Below, piece by piece: positions 8,919 to 17,800 of a stretch of DNA of 64,000 nucleotides (the first letter of the stretch is position 1; each line of letters starts with the position of its first letter). The notes beneath the pieces are model-generated. The model saw only the letters and a list, made by a program, of their open reading frames with translations, was not told where the DNA came from and searched no databases. The position numbers and the translations under genes are program-made. This DNA comes from an uncultured Desulfobacter sp. (GTDB lineage Bacteria; Desulfobacterota; Desulfobacteria; Desulfobacterales; Desulfobacteraceae): NCBI GenBank assembly GCA_963665095.1, contig OY762069.1, positions 1,312,001-1,376,000 of the forward strand, written 5' to 3'.

Positions 8919-9544
8919 TCTTTTTTAAGCCCTTTAATGATTATATCAAAGGCAGTTTGCAATGTTGGTCTGACAAAATTTTTTTCATCATTCAACCTCC
9001 GTTTTGAATCAACCCAGAGGACAACACCTGAATACGTGGCCCAGAGTATGTCTGCCAGGGCTACTGGATGCTCATCAGCAAAAAGCCCTTTTTCAATCCC
9101 TTCCTGAACCACCATGATAATGGCACGGTGAGCCCGGCTGGAATTTTTCTTCAGCTCATCCATGACTTCATCTGAGAGGTTGTACAGGGTTTCACCGGAC
9201 TGTAGATGAAATAAATTAATCAGGATACTGGCATCATGTTCATACATATCAATGAACACATCTCTAAACCTGGCAATTTTCTCCAGTACGTCCATATCCT
9301 GATCCACAACTTTACCTATTTCAATGCCAAGATGCTCTAAAAGATCTATGGACAGGGAGGTATGAAGCTCTTCCTTGTTTTTGAAATACAGATATAGTGT
9401 GCCCGGACTCAGTTCCGCTTTGGAAGCAATCTCCTCCATGGTGGCAGAATTAAATCCTTTTTTGGAAAACACATGACGGGCAGCAGCAAGTATTTCCTGG
9501 CGTCTTCGTTCCTTTTCCCGTTGTTTTCGTTCATATATACCCAT
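8915..9544 (-). CDS. TetR/AcrR family regulator
   Basis: ILAAARHVFSKKGFNSATMEEIASKAELSPGTLYLYFKNKEEL; start taken at MGIYERK. Confidence 0.93.
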   Translation of the reverse strand: MGIYERKQREKERRRQEILAAARHVFSKKGFNSATMEEIASKAELSPGTLYLYFKNKEELHTSLSIDLLEHLGIEIGKVVDQDMDVLEKIARFRDVFIDMYEHDASILINLFHLQSGETLYNLSDEVMDELKKNSSRAHRAIIMVVQEGIEKGLFADEHPVALADILWATYSGVVLWVDSKRRLNDEKNFVRPTLQTAFDIIIKGLKKD

Positions 9545-9867
9545 GTGCACTCTTTTATTTATTGAATTTGGTTCATTATTTTTAACAAAAGTTGTCTTAC
9601 AGCAATCAAACAGGAATCTCAAGAAAAAGATTTGTAAATCCTAATTTATTTTAAACACACAGCAGGGAAATTCATGTTTATCAAGAAATAAAAGCAGGAA
9701 AATAGATAAATATTCACAACCAGACCATTTTTATATATGATATCTGACAAGTTCTTTTATCTAAAAATAATTAACACGCTCAATTATTACAATAACATTG
9801 ATCTGCTTTGAAAGCATTGGCAACATGACTTTTTTAAAAAGAGGCAGTAAAATACGGGAGGTTGACT

Positions 9868-11790
9868 ATGACCAAAGCCACTTACTGGGCAGATTCCTTT
9901 GTTGATAAGCTTTGCAGTGCCCAGGATGCCCTTAAACATATCCATTCCGGCCAGCGCGTGTTTGTGGGGTCATCATGTGCTGAACCCCAGCACCTGGTCA
10001 ATGAATTATCCGCCATTTCCTCACGGTTTACCGACCTTGAAATCGTGCGGCTTCTCAGCATTGAAAGCGGCCCTTTAACCCTTATCGCCAACCGCTCTCA
10101 CTCCCAGCAGTTTAATATCCGATCTTTTTATCTCGGATCCGGTGCCCCCTCCATTATCCGGAAAAACCAGCGGTTCATCACGCCGGCCAACCTCTCCCAG
10201 ATCCCGGACCTGTTCAAATCCGGACTGATGCCGTTGAATGCCGCCCTGATCCAGGCTACCCCGCCGGATGACTTTGGCTGGATGAGCTTAGGGATTTCCG
10301 TGGACATCAACCTGGCTGCCTGTGAAACAGCTGATATTGTTATCTGCCAGATCAACCCTAAAATGCCCCGGGTTTTAGGCAGAAGTTTTATTCATGTCAA
10401 TGATGTTGATTTTATTGTTGAGCATGAAGAGGAACTTTTAACCATTCAGCCGCTTCCGGAACATGAATCCGCCAATATTATAGCCAAACATATTTCAAGG
10501 CTCATTAAAGACGGCTCCACCATTCAGACCAGCCTTGGGGTGACCACAGAAGCCACCATGGTGGCCCTGGCAGGAAAAAATGACCTGGGGATTCATTCCC
10601 AATACCTGTCTGATGCCATTATGCGCCTTTTTTCCATAGGTGTAATTACCAACAAGCAAAAAGGATTTAACAATGGAAAACTTGTGGCAGGCGCAGCAGT
10701 AGGTTCCAGGCTGCTCTATGAATTCCTTGACGACAATCCGTCCATTGAGTTTCATCCATCCGACTATATCAACAACCCGGGCATCATCGGCAGGCACAAT
10801 AGAATGGTGACCCTGAACACAGCTGCAGCCATTGACCTGACCGGCCAGGTGGCAGCTGATGCCCTGCCTCTGAACAACTACACCGGCATTAACGGACTGC
10901 TGGATTTCACACGGGGCGCAGCCATGTCAGAAGGGGGAAAATCCATCCTCATGATGACAGCCACCCAGGACCATGGCCAGAAAAGCAGAATCGTTCCGCA
11001 GCTTGCCGACTATGCCGTGGTAGTTCCAAGGGGCGATGTCCAGTTTGTGGCAACGGAATACGGTGTGGTGAATCTGTTCGGTAAAACCCTTCAGGAAAGG
11101 GTCATGGCTCTTGTATCCATTGCCCACCCTGATTTCAGAGATGAGCTGTTTGCCGCTGCCAAGGAACTTGATCTCATAGACAGCGACCGCAAATTCAAAC
11201 AGGCCATCAAAGGGGTCTACCCGCTCAAATATGAAGAGACAATCGTCATAAAAGAAATTCCCATCACCTTCAGACCGGCAAAACCGGTGGACGAGCGGTT
11301 TATACAGGAGCACTATTACACCATGAACCGCGGGGATATTGTTTCCAGATTCTTCCACGAAAAGAAAAGTTTTGTCCATGACCAGATTGAAACCACTTAT
11401 GAAATCGATTATATCAATGACCTGACCATTGTCGCCACCATTGGAGAACTGGGATTTGAAAAAATCATTGCCGTAGGCGAGTATTTCAGAAACAGCATCA
11501 TCAATATGGCAGAAGTGGCGTATTCGGTGTCCAAGGAATACCAGGGAATGGGGATTGCAAACATCTTACAGGAAAAACTTGTCCAGGCAGCCATTGACAA
11601 CAGTATCAAAGGACTGATCGCCTATACGTCCCCGCAGAACAAGGGCATGATTGGTCTGTTTCACAAGCTGCCGTATAATATCAAAACGGAAAAAGATGAT
11701 GACATGATTATTTTAAGCTGTGTTTTTGATGAGCCTAGGGATGATGACGGAGGCAAGGCCCTGGGAGATGCCATTTTGTCCATGGGATAA
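9868..11790 (+). CDS. Acetyl-CoA hydrolase/transferase-family domain fused to GNAT acetyltransferase
   Basis: PPDDFGWMSLGISVD, DLTGQV, VATEYGVVNLFGKTLQERVMALVSIAHPDFR; C-terminal AEVAYSVSKEYQGMGIA; RBS GGGAGG. Confidence 0.9.
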   Translation: MTKATYWADSFVDKLCSAQDALKHIHSGQRVFVGSSCAEPQHLVNELSAISSRFTDLEIVRLLSIESGPLTLIANRSHSQQFNIRSFYLGSGAPSIIRKNQRFITPANLSQIPDLFKSGLMPLNAALIQATPPDDFGWMSLGISVDINLAACETADIVICQINPKMPRVLGRSFIHVNDVDFIVEHEEELLTIQPLPEHESANIIAKHISRLIKDGSTIQTSLGVTTEATMVALAGKNDLGIHSQYLSDAIMRLFSIGVITNKQKGFNNGKLVAGAAVGSRLLYEFLDDNPSIEFHPSDYINNPGIIGRHNRMVTLNTAAAIDLTGQVAADALPLNNYTGINGLLDFTRGAAMSEGGKSILMMTATQDHGQKSRIVPQLADYAVVVPRGDVQFVATEYGVVNLFGKTLQERVMALVSIAHPDFRDELFAAAKELDLIDSDRKFKQAIKGVYPLKYEETIVIKEIPITFRPAKPVDERFIQEHYYTMNRGDIVSRFFHEKKSFVHDQIETTYEIDYINDLTIVATIGELGFEKIIAVGEYFRNSIINMAEVAYSVSKEYQGMGIANILQEKLVQAAIDNSIKGLIAYTSPQNKGMIGLFHKLPYNIKTEKDDDMIILSCVFDEPRDDDGGKALGDAILSMG

Positions 11791-11816
11791 CACCTGACAT
11801 AAATTGGGGCAGCAAT

Positions 11817-12041
11817 CTAATTTTTTTCAGGTTTACATAACTGTTTGGACTTGGATGATAATCGTCCGCATTTCTTACATGAAAAGGCCAGTTTTTTCCT
11901 TACAGGGGCGCACACCTGGCTGGCCTCGATAGACGATGCGCCGCACTCTTTGCAGACAAATGCTTCGGTTACACCCGAGGATTTACGCAAGTGCTCTTTT
12001 TTCTTTTTGCACGATTTGCAGGCCCGAATCTTATTTCCCAT
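11817..12041 (-). CDS. Small basic Cys-rich protein (three CxxC, probable metal binding)
   Basis: CKSC, CKEC, CKKC plus QVCAP/QLCKP repeats; RBS GGAGG; 74 aa. Confidence 0.65.
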   Translation of the reverse strand: MGNKIRACKSCKKKKEHLRKSSGVTEAFVCKECGASSIEASQVCAPVRKKLAFSCKKCGRLSSKSKQLCKPEKN

Positions 12042-12128
12042 ACTGCAACCTCCATGTAAAAATGAAATGATCATCCAATCCTTCCAAAATAGTACCGATT
12101 TATCAAAGGTCAATTTGCGCATATAAAC

Positions 12129-12196
12129 AGTGTCTGAACGAAAACCCCATGTTTGGTGTTGGACGCAAAGTCACCCACCTGCGGCGTTCAAACACT
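12129..12196. repeat. Short element with terminal inverted repeats
   Basis: AGTGTCTGAACG...CGTTCAAACACT (11/12 match); its ACCCCATGTTT also has an inverted partner at ~13082-13092. Confidence 0.5.
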
Positions 12197-12207
12197 TAGG
12201 ACCGCAA

Positions 12208-12846
12208 GTCATATACCTCCGGCAAAGCCGGAGGCTTGATTTTGTGAACCGCTCAAAGCGGTTATTTAATGGCCACCTCAAAGGTGGCAATACATTACCT
12301 GAATAAAGTCAGTTGTTCTAAGCGCTGATCCTCTTTCTCCTGGGTTCTGATGTATTCTCTAACGACATCTTCATCTCTCCCAACAGTTGAAACGTGATAA
12401 CCTCTGGCCCAAAACTGCTGACCTGTATAATTTTTTCTATGGCCCAGATAATTCCGAGCGATGTGGATGGCACTTTTACCTTTGATAAATCCGACAACTT
12501 GTGCCACCGAGTACTTTGGAGGGATCGAGATCAGCATATGGACATGGTCGGGCATCATATGCCCCTCTAAAACCTCGCTTTCCTTACATCTTGCTAAATC
12601 CTTGAAAACTTGCCCAAGGTATTTCCTAAGTTGGCCGTACAGTGTCTTTCTGCGGTACTTCGGTATCCACACAACATGGTATTTGCATTCCCAACGGCTG
12701 TGGGATAAACTTAATTCGTTGTTCATGAAAGCCTTTCCTTTGTGAATTTGAGCGGTTCACTTTTGGATGGGCTTTCATTTTTCCCCGCAAATGTCAAACT
12801 TTGGTGAGTCCCCCGGCAGAGCCGGGGGTTTACCTAAGGACAATTA
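12208..12846 (-). mobile_element. IS200-type element (tnpA only)
   Basis: Subterminal hairpins CCTCCGGC-AAA-GCCGGAGG (12216-12234) and CCCCCGGC-AGA-GCCGGGGG (12810-12828); no target duplication; ends approximate. Confidence 0.9.
12295..12726 (-). CDS. tnpA: IS200/IS605 Y1 HUH transposase
   Basis: YHVVWIPKYRR, DHVH (HUH), FWARGY, EYIRTQ catalytic Tyr. Confidence 0.97.
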   Translation of the reverse strand: MNNELSLSHSRWECKYHVVWIPKYRRKTLYGQLRKYLGQVFKDLARCKESEVLEGHMMPDHVHMLISIPPKYSVAQVVGFIKGKSAIHIARNYLGHRKNYTGQQFWARGYHVSTVGRDEDVVREYIRTQEKEDQRLEQLTLFR

Positions 12847-13174
12847 AATAAAGTGAGCAAAAATTGCGCAGAACTTTGGCTCATATACAAGGCGCACCAA
12901 AGGTTCAATAGCAGGCCTATTGGGCCTTTGGTGCAACGCAGTAGATGAGTCAAAGGGCAAGCAAGTTTGTTCATGTTATTTTGTTTGCGGTCCTTAGCAT
13001 CCAGGCATAGCGGGCCAGGATATTTAATTTGCCTGACAGGCAGGAATGGCCCTGCTACGAAACGGGCAAAATCTTGATTCAAAACATGGGGTGTGATATT
13101 AGACCTGCCATGGCTATAACACAGTTAAACACACCTTTTAATCCCTTTACGCTTCATCGGCCTGGAACAAAATA

Positions 13175-14737
13175 ATGACACTTCAGCTTGACCATATCAG
13201 GGCTGTACATGACATCAGCCGCCCATATCTGTTTATAAAAACAGGAAGAAATACACAGGTAAGCCGTCCGTCGCAAAGCAATATGGGCAGTATGGCTGAC
13301 CAGGCCTATGTACCGCCTGTCATGCCGGAAAACCTTGGTGATCCGGAATTTAAGACCCGGCATGGTTTAAAGTTCGCCTATATCGCCGGTGCCATGGCCA
13401 ATGGTATTGCGTCAACGGCTCTGGTCAGGACCATGGGAGAAAACGGAATGGTCGGTTTTTTCGGTGCCGGCGGACTGGGTCTGGATCAGATAGAATCCGC
13501 CATTCTTGAACTGAAATCCACCCTCAAGGAAAAACCCTTTGGATTCAACTTGATCCACAGCCTAGGAGATCCTGATCACGAAATGGCAACAGTTAAACTG
13601 TACCTGCGCCATGGGGTGACAAAAATATCGGCGGCTGCTTTTTTACGCATCACCCTGCCCCTGGTTTACTATCGCGTGAAAGGGCTTCACAGAAACAGCA
13701 GAGGGGAAATAACAGCGCCCAACCATATCATTGCCAAGGTTTCCCGTATTGAAGTGGCAAGACAGTTTTTTGCACCGCCACCTGAAAAACTGGTAAATCA
13801 GCTGGCCACAGCCGGGATGATTACCCCTGAAGAGGCCCGCCTTGCCGCCCATATTCCCATGGCCCGGGATCTGACAGCTGAGGCAGATTCCGGAGGGCAC
13901 ACGGATAACCGCCCGGCCCTGGCCCTGTTACCTACCTTCATTGCCCTGAAAAATGAGATCATGGCATCCCGAAACTATGCACAGCCCCTTTGTGTGGGTC
14001 TGGCCGGGGGCATCGCAACCCCGGAATCAGCAGCAGCAGCGTTCAGTATGGGGGCAGCTTATATCTTAACCGGCTCCATCAACCAGGCCTGCGTTGAGGC
14101 AGGTATCTGCGAGGATGTCAAAAAAATGCTGTGCCAGGCAGAACAGGCAGACGTTGCCATGGCGCCCTCAGCTGACATGTTTGAAATCGGGGCCCGGGTT
14201 CAGGTGCTGAAGCGGGGCACCCTGTTTTCTGTTCGTGCCGAAAAGCTGTATCAACTGTATAGAAGACATACCGAATTTGAAAACCTGCCACCGGCGGCAC
14301 AAAAGGAGATTCAGGAAAAATTTCTGCAGACATCCTTTGAGTCGGCCTGGCAGTCCACAAAAAATTTTTTTCTCTCCCGGGGCAATGCAGCCGAAATCGA
14401 ACGGGCCCAAAAAGATGCCAGGCATAAAATGGCCCTGGTGTTCAGGTCTTACCTGGGGCAGTCGTCAAGATGGGCCATTCAGGGCGATCCGTCACGCAAA
14501 ATGGATTACCAGGTCTGGTGCGGCCCTGCCATGGGTGCTTTTAACCAGTGGGCCAAAGGCAGTTTTCTTGAATCCCACGCCAACCGGCTCGCCGCGCATA
14601 TCGCTTTGAATCTTCTGGTCGGTGCCTGTGTCGTCACCCGTGCCGCATTTGCCAGAACCCAGGGAATTGCCCTGCCACCTGAAGCCGGCCAGTTCGGCCC
14701 CATGCCCATGGATCAAATTCTTAAACTGATATCCTGA
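13175..14737 (+). CDS. pfaD: PfaD-family enoyl-ACP reductase
   Basis: GAMANGIAS, AKVSR, EADSGGHTDN, APSADMFEIG, DYQVWCGPAMGAFN. Confidence 0.92.
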   Translation: MTLQLDHIRAVHDISRPYLFIKTGRNTQVSRPSQSNMGSMADQAYVPPVMPENLGDPEFKTRHGLKFAYIAGAMANGIASTALVRTMGENGMVGFFGAGGLGLDQIESAILELKSTLKEKPFGFNLIHSLGDPDHEMATVKLYLRHGVTKISAAAFLRITLPLVYYRVKGLHRNSRGEITAPNHIIAKVSRIEVARQFFAPPPEKLVNQLATAGMITPEEARLAAHIPMARDLTAEADSGGHTDNRPALALLPTFIALKNEIMASRNYAQPLCVGLAGGIATPESAAAAFSMGAAYILTGSINQACVEAGICEDVKKMLCQAEQADVAMAPSADMFEIGARVQVLKRGTLFSVRAEKLYQLYRRHTEFENLPPAAQKEIQEKFLQTSFESAWQSTKNFFLSRGNAAEIERAQKDARHKMALVFRSYLGQSSRWAIQGDPSRKMDYQVWCGPAMGAFNQWAKGSFLESHANRLAAHIALNLLVGACVVTRAAFARTQGIALPPEAGQFGPMPMDQILKLIS

Positions 14738-14864
14738 CCAGGTATGTAAAACTTTTGTCAATTCTTGATTAAATGGATAAGTCATCCCCATTTTTCGGTG
14801 TATTCCGTATATATTGATACAAAAACGCCTGAATTAACCCCTTAACCACAATATTTTTTCATAC

Positions 14865-17800
14865 ATGATATCCGAAACCACAGCTGAGACAGACATTTTG
14901 CGCACCCGTCAGGTGCCTGTAGCCATCATTGGCATGGGTTGCATTTTCCCTGAATCAAGAAACCTGAAAGAATTCTGGCACCTTTTGTTTAACGGTATTG
15001 ACGCGGTTTCCGCCATACCGGAAACGTCACACTGGCAGGTAAAGGATTATTTTGACAAAGATCCGGCCTGCCCTGACCATACCTATTGCACCCGAGGCGG
15101 ATTCATACCTGACATTGCCTTTGACCCATTAAGCTACGGGATTCCCCCGAACAATATTACTGCCACAGACACCTCACAGCTTTTAGGCCTTGAGGTTGTG
15201 CGCATGGCCCTGGCTGATGCGGGCTATCCTGTGGGACATGCCCACCTTAAGGAAAAACGGGTGAATGTCATTCTCGGTGTTACCGGTACCCAGGAACTGG
15301 TAATTCCCTTAGGGGCAAGACTGGGCCATCCCTTCTGGAAAAGAGCACTGGATGCCGCCGGGGTTGACCAGGCCCGGAAAGAGGCTGTCCTTAAACATAT
15401 TGGTGACTCCTATGTGAGCTGGCAGGAAAATTCCTTTCCCGGTCTTCTGGGCAATGTGGTGGCCGGAAGGATCGCCAACCGACTTGATCTGTCCGGTACC
15501 AACACGGTTTGCGACGCTGCCTGTGCAAGCTCTCTTTCTGCCATCCATACTGCTATCATGGAGCTTGAAACCGGATGCTGCGATATGTCCATTACCGGCG
15601 GGGTGGACACGCTGAATGATATCTTCATGCACATGTGCTTCTCCAAAACCGGCGTGCTCTCCCACACCAGTGATGCCCGGCCGTTCTCAAAAGATGCAGA
15701 CGGCACTGTACTCGGCGAAGGCATTGGCATGCTGGTACTCAAACGCCTGGATGACGCCCAAAGGGACAACGACCGGATTTATGCAGTTATCAAAGGCATG
15801 GGAACGGCCAGTGACGGCCGGACTTCCGCCGTGTACGCCCCTGAGGCCAAAGGCCAGGTTAAAGCCCTGGCAGACGCCTATGGCAAAGCTGGGTTTGATC
15901 CCGGCACTGTGGGTCTGATTGAAGCGCATGGTACCGGCACCCGGGTGGGCGACAAGGTGGAATTCACCGCATTAAAACAGTTTTTTAAGGCGAATCCCAC
16001 AGCCTCTGCAGCCATCGGGTCTGTAAAATCCATGATCGGCCATGCCAAGGCGGCAGCAGGTGCCGCCGGCATTATAAAAGCCGCCCTGGCCCTTCATCAC
16101 AAGGTTCTTCCCCCAACCCTGAAGGCAAAGACCCCTGACCCGGATTTGGATATTCAGAACTCCCCCTTTTATCTTAACCAGACTTCCCGGCCCTGGACCG
16201 GCAAAGAGAGCGGTTGTTCGCCAAGGCGGTCCGGTGTTTCAGCATTTGGATTTGGGGGGTCGAACTTCCATGCGGTACTTGAAGAGTATCTGCCGGAAAA
16301 AGAGCATGTTTCCTGGGACGGTGCCGTTCAGATTATTGCTGTATCGGCAGAGAACCGGCAACAGATGGCTGAAAAATTAGAGCGCATATCTAAAGAGATT
16401 AAAGCCCATGACACCCGGGACCGGGCCGCCTTTTTCCAGGCCGTATCCTGGCAGGCCTGTGAATCGAGAAAAATATTCAGCGTGTCAGATAATTTGCGTC
16501 TGCTCATTCTTATCAATACCCCTGACACCACCCTGGATCTTATTGAGCAGGCCCTTCAGGTGATTAGTGAAAAAAGCCAGGCCAAGCCACCAATCTTTTT
16601 CGGGGCAGGCACGTCTGCGGGCAAGCTGGCATTTATCTATCCGGGCCAGGGCAGCCAGTACACGGGTATGGCGAGCCGGATCATGTCCCAGTTTCCGGAA
16701 AGCCTTCAGACACTGAGCTGCGCTGATGCCTGTGTAAAACTAACAAAAGACGGTAAAGATGATGCCCTTTTATCCACTTATATCTACCCACTGCCTGAAT
16801 ATGCAGTAGATAAAACAACCGCTGAGACAGCCTTGCGCCAGACCCGGATTGCCCAGCCGGCCATTGGTGCTGTATCTCTGGCCATGACCCGGATTCTGTC
16901 CAGATTCAAGGTGGTTCCTGACATGGCCTGCGGGCACAGCTATGGGGAATTATGTGCCCTTTATGCGGCAGGCTGGATAGATGAACAGACCTGTCTTGAA
17001 CTGTCTGCCGCCAGGGGTCAGTTTATGGCCAAAGCAGGAGAAGGAAATGATGATCCCGGCAGTATGCTTGCCGTTAAAGCCGGCATTGACCGGATTGAAG
17101 CCCTGATTGAAGAAGAGGGGCTGGATCTTGTTCTGGCAAATAAAAACAGTCCCAGCCAGGGGGTCCTGTCCGGGGAAACCGCGCTGATCTTAAAAGCGGA
17201 AAAACTATGCCGGCTGAAAAAAATGCGGGCTGTCAAACTGCCTGTTGCAGCGGCGTTTCACAGCCGCCTGGTGGCCCAGGCTGCGGCCCCGTTTAAAGCC
17301 ATGACTGCCGGGGCAGCCATGACACCGGGGAAAATCATTGTGTTATCCAATACTACGGGTCAGCCCTATCCGGAAGACGTGACAAAAGCCAGGGAACTTT
17401 TAGGGCAGCAGTTAATGCACCCGGTCGATTTTATAGGCAATATCCAGTACATGCACAGCCAGGGTGTTGACACCTTTGTTGAGGTTGGCCCTAAAACTGT
17501 TCTCTCCGGCCTTGTTAGAGCCATACTCAAAGGAAAGGATATTCAGACCCTGGCACTGGATACGTCAGCCGGCAAAACCTCTGGAATACAGGACCTCGGA
17601 CACTGCCTGTGTGCCATTGCTGCCAAGGGTTTTGACATTGACCTGTCCGCATGGGAAGAGGACGCCCCCCCTCCGACACCCAAAAAATTCACCATCATGC
17701 TGAATGGCGCCAATCCAAAGCCGGATTTACCAGAAACCAGTCCCCCTGAAACACCGGATAAAAAAGCGGATTTACTCCGTGCAAAGGACCACAAGCCCGA

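Larger units (their letters stand above)
12195..12997. mobile_element. MITE-like palindromic repeat (~160 bp), interrupted by IS200
   Basis: Terminal IRs CTTAGGACCGCAA / TTGCGGTCCTTAG; long internal hairpin GCACCAAAGGTTCAATAG...CTATTGGGCCTTTGGTGC. Confidence 0.65.
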
